The position numbers were made by a program, and so were the translations under genes. Positions 1-13,214 of a DNA stretch of 64,000 bases are shown here, in pieces (position 1 is the first letter of the stretch; each line of letters opens with the position of its first letter). Source of the DNA: Lama glama (Eukaryota); the NCBI GenBank assembly GCA_028534125.1, contig CM052817.1:39310001-39374000 (forward strand). The letters run 5' to 3'. The notes beneath the pieces were generated by a model. The model was not told where the DNA came from and did not search any database. It saw only the letters and a program-made list of their open reading frames with translations.

Positions 1-84
1 ATTAGAGAAACTGTTCCCTTTATTTGCTGGTCAGGACATTCCAATGCAGGTCATAGTACTGGCAGAGAGGCAAATGCAGCAGGG

Positions 85-600
85 ACAGGACCAAGTCTCA
101 GCTGGAAGTCTCATTTCCTGAAAGCAGAGTATCAGGCAATTCTTGACTTACCTTGCTAACAGTTTCATCCCTCGGTTAGTAAAAGACGTGATGAAGGGTC
201 TACTATTCTCTACTTAATTGCTCCCGTAAAGGGCATGTAGTGAAGTTTAAATGATGAGAATCTGGGCAAAAGTGATCATGATGTCTTGGAATCTATGACA
301 GGGTGGGGAAAGTTTGACATGGTAGTTGCATGTTACAGACTGGAGGTGGCAAATATGTGCCATACTAGCACCCTCTTCCTATTCCTAGGCTGATGGCTGC
401 CATCAGTAATTAATCAAAAACTTTTTTTTCTGCTGAGCTTGGAAATAGTTTTGAACCCTCTCTCAACCAACTCTTTGAGAGCCCCTATCAACAGATCAAG
501 TGGACAAAGTGCACTTTATGAGGGGGCATGTTTACAAAGTTTCAAAAAATATGTAGGTTGGGAGCCTATAACTGGTGTGAGAGAATGTATGTGACAGTTT
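85..600 (+). mobile_element. L3/CR1 LINE relic, endonuclease region, interrupted by a MER102-like element
   Basis: Decayed translation gives WKSH (103-114), FLT..LANSFI and LGKSDHDVLES (262-294). These resemble CR1 endonuclease motifs WKSH, FLTCLADNFI and LGESDH. Stops and frameshifts are present. Confidence 0.65.
341..515. mobile_element. MER102-like hAT-Charlie DNA transposon
   Basis: Starts GGAGGTGGCAAAT. Internal atggctgccatcagtaattaatca...ctgctgagc...ctctcaac follows the MER102 consensus as I recall it. Confidence 0.65.
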
Positions 601-639
601 ATTCATATACCCACAGAATACTTGTCACATCTAATTATA

Positions 640-782
640 GTGGGTTCTTTACACAACAGACTCTCCTACTGGGTGATGAGACCCTGGATGATGAGGGTTG
701 AGACTTCTTCTTTGTATCTGAGACGTCTTACGTAGGGCCCTGTGGTACATCAAACTCATTCAAAGGTGCTGAATTGAATAAT
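640..782 (+). mobile_element. L2 LINE 3' end
   Basis: Typical L2 tail ending gtgctgaattgaataa. Confidence 0.55.
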
Positions 783-1729
783 GCTGCTAATACATATGGA
801 AACATTTTATATATTTACTTAGAAATTTGCATATTTGAAAACTGTCTTTATACACGTTGTTTCATTTGCTTATGTATTCTACTAATTTCAGGAGTAAAAA
901 GGCTCCCTCAAAATACCTAAGTGACTGGTCTTTGAAGATTATTTTCAACTTAAGACTCAAGCAGGGCAGGATCTTTTTGTGGTAACAATCAAGGTTTTTT
1001 CTCAGAGAACATGATTTATGAAATAAGGATAAGACATATAGGTTGAATATGGAGGAATAACTCACAGTGTGAGTGACAAACATTGGTGTTTAGAACTATG
1101 TCAGGCTTCCTGGACTCACTTTCTCTGATGTGGATCAACATGATAAAGGCTGGAACGTAGTGTTTGCCAAGATGTCAACAATGTTCACTAAATTGAAAGG
1201 CAGATCCTGTATGTTACCTCACTACGTAGATAAAAGGTTTTGTTTTTTTTTTTCTGAAAGGACACAGCCATAACCTAAGCCAATGCATGGAAACCCCCAG
1301 GAGCCTTGCTGGTCAGCTGCACAGCAGGACCACGTGGCCACTTGCATGGCAAGTTCAGGTAATTCATTCTCACAACAATGTCAAGACAGAAGGGCTAGAA
1401 CGAAAACACTAGTGAGTGACGTGGCGCTGTTTGATCTTTTTCACTGGGGAAATGTGAATATAAGAGAAAATAGTTTAAACAGAAGTAAAATGGGGGTTCC
1501 TTTAGTTTGTGACGGTCCCTGAAGTCCTTAGTTATTCTTCTGTACCACCCAACTCCTAAAGTTACGCTGCCCTAGAGCAAAGTTAGCTGGGCTGGCTAAG
1601 CACAGGCAAAACAAACAAACAACCCCAAACAGGAAAACAGTGAGGAATCATAGCCTTGTCATCGCAGAATAACAAGTCAGAAGAAGTAGAAGTCAGAGAT
1701 TCCATTGATGATATTGATGATAACGTTAC

Positions 1730-1975
1730 GTAAAAGGTGATATTTCAGGAAGATTAACTTAGAGGCTCTTTTCATCATCGTGCGGGGAGAAGGAGAGAGG
1801 AACTCTAACCAAAGACTAACAGTTAAAAAATCTACTCCAGAAATCTAGGTGTGACTTTGTAACATTCAGAGCTACAAGAGTGGCAGTATGAGTGAGAGGG
1901 ACGGTGACAGGGATACCACAAAGGGAGTGGTGATAGGGCTTGGGGACTGTTTGTACACAGGTGTGGGAGAGATGG
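1730..1975 (-). mobile_element. L2 fragment
   Basis: aggaagattaact...tactccagaaatctaggtg...gtggcagt pattern of antisense L2. Confidence 0.5.
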
Positions 1976-2162
1976 AGAAGTAAAATGCCTCCTCCACAAT
2001 CACATCGTGATTGTCATGATCAGATGGTCATTTTAGTGTTAGACAAATTCTCCAAAGACTTTGGTTTTAAAAAGGAAATGAGAAAATATTCTGTGTATTT
2101 TTTCCTGACTTGGTGGCTATTCCATTTTCTCCACATTCTTTCATCATTAAAAATGTATCATT

Positions 2163-2360
2163 AAATATATAAAATAGATAAACAACAAGTTTCTGCTATA
2201 TAGCACAGGGAACTATATTCAATATCTTATAGTAACCTATAATGAAAAAGAATATGAAAACAAATATGTGTATATATGTGTGATGGAAACACTAGTTATA
2301 CACCAGCTGTACACAACATTGTAAACTGACTATACTTCAATAATAATAAAAAAAAATAAT
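2163..2360 (+). mobile_element. 5'-truncated young L1 3' end (cetartiodactyl/camelid type)
   Basis: atagataaacaacaag...tatagcacagggaactatattcaatatctt...cattgtaaactgactatacttcaa followed by an A-rich tail. Confidence 0.9.
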
Positions 2361-2374
2361 ATATCACGAAAAGA

Positions 2375-2550
2375 GTCAGCACAATGTAGTGGACACACAG
2401 TGAATTGAGCTGGGAGTGCCAAGAACAAGTTTCAGTTCTGGCCCTGAATAACCCTGTAATTTACCCTTTCGCAGCTCCAGTGTCCATAGCTGTAAAATGA
2501 GATTGGGCAGACAATGTCTAAGGTCCACTTTATTTCTAAATTTCTGTATG
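2375..2550 (+). mobile_element. MIR SINE
   Basis: Core-like cagtgtccatagctgtaaaatgag and 3' tctaaggtccacttt...tctaaatttctgt. Confidence 0.65.
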
Positions 2551-4039
2551 GACTTCTCTACAGATAGTAATATTTTGTTCTCACGTGAAAAAGGAGAGTA
2601 CAGCATGTCTGAAGGGTGTTGCCTCCTTAAGGTGTACAATTTTCCATTGACCTTCATCACTTTCTTGGCATCTCTCATTATCAGAAAGCTCTTTAGGTTT
2701 AAAGACTTCCATAAATTCCAGTTTGCAAACTCAGGGAAACAGAAAGATCACAAGAATAATTTAATGCTGTTACAGGCAGTTGAGCAGGCCAGAAAAACAG
2801 AAAATGAAACTAAGTCAACAAGCAAAATGATGGATGCCACACAAGCAAAGGGGTGTTTTAGAAGGGAGGGAAGTGCCACTGCGCCAAACCATATGGCACG
2901 TTAAACCTGGGAGGACATCAGATGGGTGGAATTCAGCTCATTCCTTCTTTAACCCCCTGGCAAAATCCTCATTTGTCAAACTGAACCAAGATTAAAGTAA
3001 CAACAAGGTGAGTAATGAGAGAAGGAAAAATAATACTTGCCCTGATGATTTAACCTGAAACTACAGTAAGTATTAAAAAACACCTTCAAGTGTTTTCATT
3101 TATGCCAACCTTGGGGCAGACAGATTTCTGGGACTGCAGTATGGTTCCTCTTTGTCTAGCCCCTGTTCAGTTCTCTCTTAGGATCATCAATATCTAAAAT
3201 TCTCTTAATCTTGGAAAAATATCACTTATTCCTCAGTTAGGACTCAGTTTCAAAATGCAGGTATTTCTGAAGGTGGTGACCTAGTGACTTCAATTCATAC
3301 TAAAGTGTGAGTGAATGATAGCAGATTTTGCCTGAAAGTACGTTTTGATGGGGAGCACAGAGCTAGAAAGTGCTGTCTCTGGAATCAAGAAGGATGCTAA
3401 ACGGAGATGAGAAAAAAATCATTAAAGAGGGGAGACCAGAGACTTTGAGCAAGGAAATTGCCTGCTTTGCACTTGGCAAAAGCTAACTTATTTGATCTTC
3501 AGATTACTTGGAAGTCATATTTATTTTGATGGGTTCCGTTAGCAAATAAAGATCTTTTCCTATGCGTTTAATCCTTCTACCCAAAGCATCAGCCTTGTTG
3601 CTTCTCTGTTAGTAGAAATGGAATGGGTAAGATGACTGTAGAAGAAAACATGGAGGAAGAAACCAAGGGTGCATCTCCAACTTAGTAAACCTATATTGTC
3701 TTATTGTCTTCCCCACCTCCTGTGTCTCTGGGCCTGCCTGGGAGGAGCCTCTCCAGGAACAAATGCTCCCATGTAGGAAGAAACACCCAAGAGTCAAGAT
3801 TATGGAGAAATGGACCGGAAAATGCATTAACTTTCTGGAGGAATAAGTATGTTGCCTTTGTGAAGTATCGGAAACAACTGAATCATTGGACTTCAAGATT
3901 TACTTTGAAAACAGCCAGTTACGTCTCCTGAACACCACACATTGCTCCTTATTATTATTGCTAATCGAAAATCCATTTAGTGAAGGGGAAAAAAAATGAA
4001 TTCAGCTTGTGTGGTTTGACAAGTAGCCCAAATGCTGCT

Positions 4040-4175
4040 TTTTAATGACGTCTTAATGTTAAACTATCAATAGGAGGGAGAAAAGAACATTTTTGAGTCA
4101 TGCATTTAAAGAAATAATGACTCAAGTGTGCAGCACTTAAATGAATGGCGTCTTCATTGCTGAACTTCAGCAGAC
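4040..4175. promoter_or_regulatory. Candidate enhancer: cluster of bZIP sites (AP-1, CRE, MARE-like)
   Basis: TGACGTC 4046-4052, TGAGTCA 4094-4100, TGACTCA 4118-4124 and TGCTGA-ACT-TCAGCA 4158-4172, in non-repetitive DNA. Confidence 0.4.
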
Positions 4176-4539
4176 CTTACTGGTATTTTTAGCTGCCTTT
4201 AAACAGTCATGAGAATTAGCTTAACATGTGAAAGAAATTAGGTCAAAGTTTTAAGGAAAACAGGATGAGGGAAAAATTGTTTACATGGAAAGCATGAGCA
4301 ATGGCGCAAGCGCTGTCTTCTTCTGACTGCCAGTGTCCTCAGCAGAGCCATCGCAGGGCTGCTGCGGAGGTGGAGAGCGGAGAAAACCGGTCAGCAAGAC
4401 ACAGGATGTTGCCTTAGCCCCTCTGCAAATGTCCATGTGCAAAATGCAGTTTTGTGGCTTAACCGGAAGATCAGGTTAGGGATTACCAATTTCAGTTTCC
4501 AAGAATTCACCAATTTGGGCAGTGGAAATCAACTTGAAT

Positions 4540-6840
4540 TTTTTTTAAACCTTTATTTTCAAATGATTTTAGCTTTATGATTTTAGAAGAATTGCAAAGA
4601 TGGTATAGTGTTCCCCTATCCTTTGCGCTCACTGTCTTCTGATGTTTACATTTTACATAGCCATGGTGCATTTATCAAAACTAAGAAAGTAACACAAGTA
4701 TAATACTATTAATTTAACAACTTGCTCTTCTCCTCCAGAGTCATTTTGCCACTTTTAGTTCCTTTGCCTTTCCAGGTAGATCCTAGAATCAGCTTGTCAA
4801 TATCTACGAAAGAGCTTGCTGAGATTTTGATTAGAAATGCGTTGAATCTGTAGGTCTACAGCCTAAACAATATTGAGTCTTAAAATCCATGGACACATTT
4901 TATTTCTCTAGTTATTTCTTCTTTTATTTCTTTCATTATGTTTTGTATGTTTCAACGTATGGAAACTACAAACTGCACACATTCATTTCCTTTATACCTA
5001 GGTACTTTATTGTTTTGATTCTATTGTAAATAGTATTGCTTTTTCAATTTCAAATTTCTATTTGTCATTGCTAGTACACAGGAATGCAGTTGACTTTTTA
5101 ATAATGACCTTGTAGCCAATGTTCTTGCTAAACTCGCTTAGTATTTCTAGAAGTGTTTTTATAGATTCTTTGGGATTTTCACAGCAGACAATTATGTTGT
5201 CTGCAAATAGAAACAGTTCATTTCTTCCTATCCTTTCCAATCCTGTTTTTCCTTATTGCACCGGGTAAGGCTTCCAGCCCAATGCTGAGCAGGGTGGTGA
5301 GAGAGGACACCTTGCCTTGTTCCCCATCTTAGAGAGAAAATATTCAGCCTCTCATCACTGAGTATGATGTTAGCTGTAAGGTTTTTTTTAGATGTCTCTT
5401 ATTAGGTTAAGGAAGCTCCTTTTTTATTCTTACTTTACTAAGAAGGATTTTTTTTGGGGGGGTCAAGAAAGAATTTTGAATTTTGTCAAATTCTTTTTAT
5501 GCATGGATTGTCATGATCATAAAGGTTGTCTTAATTAGTCTACTAATATAGTGGATTGTATTGTTTGATTTTTAAATGTTGAACCAGCCTTGCATTCTTG
5601 GGATAAACCCTACTTAGTTATGATGTATTATCTTTTTAATATATCCCTTAATTAAATTTTCTAATATTTTGTTGAGGATTTTTTATCTATGTTCATGAGG
5701 AATATTGGTTTGGACTTCTCTTATTTATAATTTAAATATTTTTTTCACTTTTGTCTGAATATATGTCTTAGTGTGTTTAGGTATTTATCTTGCTTGTTCT
5801 CTGTGCTGCTTGGATCTGTTTTGTGTGAGTCTCTCATCAATTTTGGAAAATTCTCATACATTATTTTTTCAGATGTTACTTCCACCTCATCCTCTCTTTC
5901 GCTTCTCCTCCTGGAAGACCAATGATGTGTATGTTAGACTATTTGATATTGTCCCACATCTCTTGAATACTCTGCTCTGGTTTTTCAGTTTTCATTTCAC
6001 TTTGGGTAATCTTACTGACCTAGCTTCAAGTTTACAGGTTATTTTCTAAGCCATGTTGAGTCTCCCAACAAGCCTGTTGAAGGCACTCTTCATTCCTGTT
6101 CCTGTGCCTTTGATTTCTAATATTTCCATTTGATCCTTTCTTATAGTTTCATCTCTCTGACGAGATTGCCTCTCCTTCAGTACCTGTTGTCTAACTTTTC
6201 CATTAGAGCCTTTAACGTCGTAATCGGTTATTTGATTGTTTCCTTCATTCTGATTGTTTGGGTTTGATTTGTCTAAATCTGTAAAATGGAGAGAACCTGT
6301 CTCTTGCAGCTCTTTCAGGAATATTTCACTGCTATTTTTGCTCAGCATTTGTTAGCGTCGTGGTAGGAAGTATGGGACAGGAAGTGCTTGTTCTCTGATG
6401 TCATGATTAAACTTGGGTCGAAGGCAGATATTCAGAATCTGGGGTCTTTCTAAGTGCCCCTCCTCTAGTGCTAGGCTTAGCATGTACCTGCTTTTCCCAA
6501 AGAGTGGGAACATTTTTATTTCCCCTGTTCGCTTACTCCAGATGCAGTGGGTTTCAACCACTTTACTGTAGTGACAGTTTTGTTGCTCTTTCCTCTAAAG
6601 GTTAAGACTTTTTTCGCCAGAGAGAACTTATATGAATCCAGTGGTATCTGCCACAGGTGAGCAAATATTCAGGTCCTGTTACTACCCACAGGTACCTGTT
6701 TCTGTCTAGATTGCAGCTTTAGTTGTTGAATCCTCAGTTCTCAGATGGCTTCAAGAAAACTGTTAATTTGCCACTTGTCTGGCTTTTTTCTTATTTTAAG
6801 GGCTGGAGTAATGCTCATGCCAGCTTTCTACCTTTATGAG
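4540..6840 (-). mobile_element. Old L1 (L1MC/L1M-type) mosaic: 3' end, ORF2 RT fragment, ORF1 fragment, 5' region
   Basis: ORF 5058-5240 LFADNIIVCCENPKESIKTLLEILSEFSKNIGYKV matches L1 RT LFADDMIVYLENP. ORF 6046-6348 ETIRKDQMEILEIK...MKSAFNRLVGRL resembles the L1 ORF1 coiled coil. Confidence 0.85.
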
Positions 6841-6989
6841 GTTTTGAGGGCTTCAGAGAAAGACTGTAATAATGTCTTTTTAACTAACATCCTCCTATCA
6901 GATGATCTAAATATGTTGAATAGTGAGACTCTCATTTATAAATAATAATTCCAACACTTCTCACTGAAATTATTCCTCTGTAGAGTACT

Positions 6990-7140
6990 TGACTATAATC
7001 ATTACTTATCTTCCTGTGATAACTAGGCAGAGACTGTTTATTTCTCATCTTTAGTCTAGCACCCAGCACAGGACCTCAAATGTTGTAGATTTTCAATCTG
7101 TATAGATTGTATGGGTTAATTAATGAATGAAAAACTGAAT
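6990..7140 (+). mobile_element. L2 3' end
   Basis: ggcagagactgt...ctagcacccagcacaggacct...taatgaatgaa. Confidence 0.7.
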
Positions 7141-7959
7141 ATCCCCCCACCCCGAACAGCTCCAGTATTAAATTAATGACAAATGGTGAAATGGACTCTG
7201 TGAGAGAATTGTCACATTTCAGAAGACTGTGCTAAGTTAATGACTATAATGGGGGAAATGCCCATTCTGTATCATGTACAGAGTGGATCTAGGAGGCCCA
7301 ACCCATCCTGAACACATTATAGACAGAGGAGGAAACCATTTTTCCCATCAAAAAAATTCTATCATGTGTCTGCTAATACCTTAATGATTTTAAAATGTTA
7401 AAAAGCCTTTAATTTCCTTATTGACTTAAAGGGAATGAGACTTAGCAATACCATATTCTTTTCCTGTAGCAGATATTTATGAAGTGAAGAGACGATCTGG
7501 ACAGAAAGAAGGAAAGACAGAGTGATGAACCATGACAGGTGTCAAAACCAGCTTTGTTGGCTTTACATTTCTAAGTGAGACTTGCCCCTGCCCCTGAAGA
7601 TGGGTTGCTGATCTGAGCTGCCACATGCCAGTGGCTTCCGGCTTGCTGGGTTATTCTGGGAGCAGAACAATATTGGACCCTAGGATGGCTTTAATGACTG
7701 AGCCTTGTGGTGGTAGGCCTGGAGCAGCTCCCAAATGAACACTCACCTTTGGGTTTTACTCAGATGTCAATATATCCTGTCCTGAGGCAGAGACAGTGTG
7801 ATTTCCTTCAGTTGAATACAAGTTCTAGAATTGTCCATGAGTGCTAAGGATGAGAGTGGCAGGACAAGTACCATCCATGCTAAACAGAAAGTTGGCCCAT
7901 TGCTACCACCCTGCCCACACAAATTGGCAGCTCCTACTTACCTGCTTTGCAGAACTAAC

Positions 7960-10900
7960 ATTTTTGGAGCATCAGTTATTCATTCTTATAGGTGCTATAT
8001 TCAGTTCCATTAGATTACTTGTCTGTCCTTATGCTTATCACACTGTTTTAATTGTTTGCTATTAAATATTATCCCTATTTTTAGATATCTGGTAGGATGA
8101 TCCTCTTGCTTTATCTTTTTTTTTTTGCGATTTTTGGCCATTTATTGCTCTATTTTAGTTCTAATTTCAACTCATCAAGTATTTGAAAGAAATACTGAAG
8201 TTTTTTGAAAATGCAGTGGATTTCTATTTCTTTGGGGACTATTGACTTATTTATGATATTGACTTTTCCATTCCATGATATATCTTTGATATATGAACAT
8301 ATTGCATATTTTATATATTTCATGATATATCTTTTATTATTTAGGCTGCCCTTTATCTCCTTTCACAATAGTTAATATTCTTCTTCATAAAGTTCTTATA
8401 TATTATTTCTTTTTCTTGCTTTATCACACTGGCTAGGACATTTAATACAAGGTTAAATAGAAGTAATGATAATGAGCATATTTCCTTTTTGAGCTTTATA
8501 TTTCACTACTGAAGGGTATCTGTATTGGAGGCTTTTGTTAAATATCTTTCACAGGTTTGGGAAGCTCCCTTCAATTTCTTGTAGGTATAAGTTTGTGTGT
8601 GTAATAATTCTTCCTGCACTAATTGAGATGATAAATTCACCTTTAGTGAGTTAATGTATTAAATTACTTAGTAGATTTCTTAATGCTAAATAATTCTTTA
8701 AATTCTAGGATGAGTCATCTTTGGTCATAATTAATTTAAAAATATGTTACTGAAATAGTTAACTGGTACATTATTTAGGACTTTTGCTTCTATAATTGAG
8801 AATAGTTTATACATTTTCTTTCTTATTCTTTCCTAACCCAGTTTATTTATGAAGTACATATTAGCATTCACAAATTAAGCTGGAGAGCTTTTCTTGTTTC
8901 TCTAGTTTACACGACAGTTTATATAAGTAGAGGGTTTTTTCCCTTGGAAGTTTGGTAAAACTCACCTGTAAAATTATATGGGCCCTTTGCTTCTATTAGG
9001 GATCAAGTTTTGATGACTAATATAATTTCTTTAATGACTATAAGTCTGTTCAGGGTTTTAATTTCTTATTGAATAAAATTTGTCACTTATGCTTCTTTCC
9101 ACAAATTTATACATTTTCAAATTTATTAGCATAAAATTATTCCTTAGTATCTCTTATGTGACCTTTTTTAAAATCAGTAGGTATGTTCTCTTTTCTTTTC
9201 CCAATATTGATTCTTTCCCTGATATGCTATCCTTTCCTGCCACCCTCACTTTGGGCACATTTAGCAGAGTTTGGCTACTCTGTCTTTCCAAATAACTGGC
9301 TTTTGATTTGGTTGATTTTTTGTAATGATTCTTATCTTCTACTATATTAATTTTTGCTCTTATTTTAACCATCTCCTCTTATATACATTCTTTAGGCTTA
9401 GTTTGCTGTGAATATTTTTACTTCTTGAATTTGTACTTTGCTCATTGGTTTTCAGTTTTTCTTCTTTTTTAATGTACATCTAGAAACAGTTATGAATGTA
9501 TCCTTTAAATGTCATATTAGCTGTATCACACAAATTTTGATTCACAGCGTTTTTATTGTGCTTCTGTTGTTAATATCATTTTTAGCTTGATTTACTTCTT
9601 GACTCATGATTTGGTATTTTCTTTTTATTAATTTTTAGTTTTACTATATTGTACTGAAAGAATATTGTTCAGACTTATATTAATTATTTGGCATTTTTGA
9701 GAGTTCCTGAATGGCTTACAAAGATTTCTTAGGAAAGTTTTCCAAATGCAGGTTTATATGTCTTTAGATACAATCCTTCTTGATAAATGATTTTTTCCTT
9801 GTGTGTTATTTGAATCTTCTGTATTTTTACTATGTTTTGGCTGCTGCAGCTTTAATTTCCAAGAGAGATATGTTCAAATCTTCTGATGTCATTATGCATA
9901 TTTCTGTTTCTACTTGTAATTATGCTAATTTTTTGTTTGACTTGTCCAAGTCTATTAGTGTTAAGTGCAGGCAGGCTTGAGATTTTTAGGTCTCTCTGGT
10001 AACTTTCTCTTTTATCATGAAATTAAGACTCTTTTCATTTCTAATAATGGCTTTACTTTAAGTTATATTTTTCTAGTGTTTATATGGCAACATTTTTCTT
10101 TTAATTATTTTTCTGAGATACTTCAATTTTCATTAATTTTCAAATTTTCAGTATCAACATATTTCCTATTATAAATAGCACACACTTGGATTTCTTTTAA
10201 AAATCCATTGTCATTTATAAATGGCATATTACTAGATTTTAAAAATCCAGTCTGAGTCCCTTTCTTTAACTATGAAGTTTAACTTGCATATATTATGATT
10301 ACTGGCCTAACAAGCCTGATTGCTGTTATTTTATTTTGTGTTTTCTAGATATGCATTTTATTTATAATTTCCATTATTCATTAGATTTATTTATTTTTTA
10401 AATCTTCTTTTCCTATTCTCTACTAATTTGGAAATTATATCTCATATTCCTGTAATTTTCATGGCTTTCCCTAAAATTTTAACATAAGTATTTGCTAAAA
10501 CAAAGTCTAAAGTTAACATCTCTATACTTGTTTCAGTTTTGAAGACTCATATTACTTTAACTTTAGACACCGACTCCTATATCCATGTCATTGTTTTCTA
10601 ACATTTTTATCTTTTCTCATTTTAAATATCCATCTATTTTTGTCTTTATCATTTTTAAAAACTCAATGCTTATTAAATTTTTTTCATACTTAATGAATTC
10701 GATTACATTACTTCACATAATCCACGCTTTCCTCTTAATTTTAATTCCTTCTTATTAAAGTATATCCTTTAGTACTCTTTAGAGTGAATATCTGTGTGGT
10801 GAGTTCTCTCAGTATGTGTCTAAATATCTTTATTTTCCCCTCCCATCTAATTGATAGTTTAACACTAGGAAAATAGTATTCCATTGTTCTTTGGCCTCTA

Positions 10901-11125
10901 GTGTTGCTGATGAGAAGTTTATTATTTTTTTAAAGTAATCTGTCTTTTTTCTTTTAATAGAGTTTGTATATTTTTTCTACTTGGCTTTAATGGTTTACAA
11001 ATTCTCTGCTTTTTGGACTTATTTTTATTTATATTTCTCTGAACTCACTGTGCTTTTACAATCTAGGAGTTCATGTCTTCCATCAATTCATGAGCATTCT
11101 CTGCCTTTATCATTTTGAATATGGA
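7960..11125 (-). mobile_element. Old L1 (L1ME-type), long degraded ORF2/ORF1 region
   Basis: T-rich antisense L1, e.g. ctggctaggacatttaatacaaggttaaatagaagtaatgat and tttggtaaaactcacctgtaaaa. ORF 9154-9372 (KIRAKIN...STKSKASYLE) resembles the ORF2 linker. Confidence 0.85.
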
Positions 11126-11419
11126 AAAACATAGTAGGAGCCAAATCATGATTACAGAATGGTGTGTCTTTCCATTTAGCCTTCAAGAACACGATTCACT
11201 AACATTTAACAGTATCCAGGCTGTAACAGTTTGGAAGCAAGGGGCAAAAGGAAACATGGACTTTTCAAAACTCAGTCACTGAGTCGAGTCACAATTCTAA
11301 TTTTCAACATCATGCTGTAGCAAATCAAGACTTGGTTAAGGACTAGCTGACATGTAGCATCCAGCATGCCAGCTGAGGAATAAGAAGGAAGGTTAGAGGG
11401 CATATAATATATTCTCTAA

Positions 11420-11530
11420 TTGACTGATTGATTCGTTCATTCATCGAATGTTGATTTAATGATTTTTGAATGCCAGGCAATGAGTTTGGCTTTTGAGATT
11501 TGGAAATGAATAATATTTATGTCCCAACTT
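11420..11530 (-). mobile_element. L2 3' end
   Basis: tgattcgttcattcatc...atttaatg...tgccaggca. Confidence 0.6.
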
Positions 11531-12618
11531 TGACTAGAATCTGAATCAACTGACGCAATATTTATTGTTCAAAAAAGACAGCCATTTTCAAATAAATGTT
11601 TTGCTCAGCCACTCTTGGGCTTATTAAGGTGCTATTGAAAAGTCCCTTTCAGTACCTTTCTTTCATTTGAAATATTGGCTGCATCATCCATACATCTCCC
11701 TACACTGTTTAGCATACCCTGCAGTGTCGGGACATTGGCTTTAAATGATCTGACTTACTCAAGTTAGGCTGTTTTATTTATGGAAGTAGAACTCCATGTG
11801 GGGTAGTGAAAATATCATCTTTGGAAGAATGCCTCTTCACACCTTCCCGAGGGTCAGGCCCTTTAATGAGGCGCTCAGTGACCTTGTGCAGTTTCTCTGG
11901 GGAGCAGTCTTGAAAATTTCTCAGTTAAAGAAAAGTCTGAAACTTTAGATGTTTTCCCTAATGAATGTGAGAACTAATGGGAATTTCATTGTTTTAATTC
12001 TGTGTCCAGGGAATAAGTTGGATGGTCATAAAGAGAAAGTAGGATCAAATTTGCATAAAAATTGTGTGTTCTTCTGTAAAGTAATGCAAAAATTTCAACT
12101 TTGAACATGTTTGTGAGGCTGAAGGGGAAGTGTTGGAGAAAGGACTTCTGAAAGCAAATATGCTTAGTCCTGAGATTGCTCTGTTATTTTAATCTAATAA
12201 AAATACATCGTAAAAGACTCTACCTTAGCAGAAAGTCAGTATGAATGCAAACCTCAGTTGAAGCTGAGAAAGTCAGCTTATCAGCGTTTTGCTTTGATAG
12301 CCTAATTGCTGAGAGGTAAACATGTCATCATCCTCTGTGAGTTGCTGCTTCCCCACAAACAAACAAACAAACCAAAGTTCATGACACCCTTTCCCAAGAT
12401 TTGATATGATTCATTAGGTGATTACAGCTCTCAATGGATAATTGTGGGCTAAAATTTGTATATTTCTACTGGACAAAAAAATTTGGTCAAACATTATTTT
12501 TTTTCTTTTTAATTATAAAGGTAGTGACTTTACTCATTTCCCATATATTTTACTATAATATCTAAAATTCTCTTTTTTTATTAAGTAACACACTTTCCCA
12601 GGCTTCTGATATACCCCT

Positions 12619-12928
12619 TGTGGCCGTTAATCTCCAAAGATGGTCTCTAACAAGGCATGCTTTCAAGTATTCACAGCCTTATAGAGTCTCCTCCCACACT
12701 GCGTCTGGGCAGGCAGGTAATTCATGAACATTTGGTTTTGGAAGCCTGAAACTGTCATGTAACCCTGTCACAATCTATCTAAGTGGCCCCCCACCTGAAA
12801 AAAAGGACAGAAGGACAGCTTAGCTGAGCCCAGCTAATCCACACAATCATGAGTGATGGCATAATTGTTGCTGCTTTAAGCTACTAAGTGTTGGGGTGAG
12901 CTGTTATGCAGCCACAGTAACCAGAACA
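12619..12928 (+). mobile_element. MLT1-family MaLR solo LTR
   Basis: TG...CA ends. ctccaaagatgg near the start and ttaagctactaagtgttggggtg...ttatgcagc...taaccagaaca at the end. Confidence 0.85.
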
Positions 12929-13214
12929 GCCCCCAGTGAACACTGTGTCTCCTCCCTCTACCGTCCCTCCCAAATTCTACTGCAAATCACTTATATGATG
13001 AAATCTGGGGGAAGGAAGGAGGATGAGTGACATACTGACAGAAAAGTCATTCTAGAAAAAATTTTCTTTTTTCAAGTATGGAACAAAACACCATACATAA
13101 GGTATTTCATTGAAGGGCCAACATTACAACTCTGCTCTCAACCTCGTATTTCTATAAACATTCATATTTGTACCTATAACTTTATATCTCAAGCTGAGGA
13201 AAGGAATCAGAGAT

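Noticed and set aside
5058..6348. ORFs with RT- and ORF1-like peptides as genes
   Set aside because: Short fragments of a dead L1.
7455..7545. Plus-strand acceptor followed by purine-rich exon-like sequence
   Set aside because: Stops in all three frames and only a weak donor.
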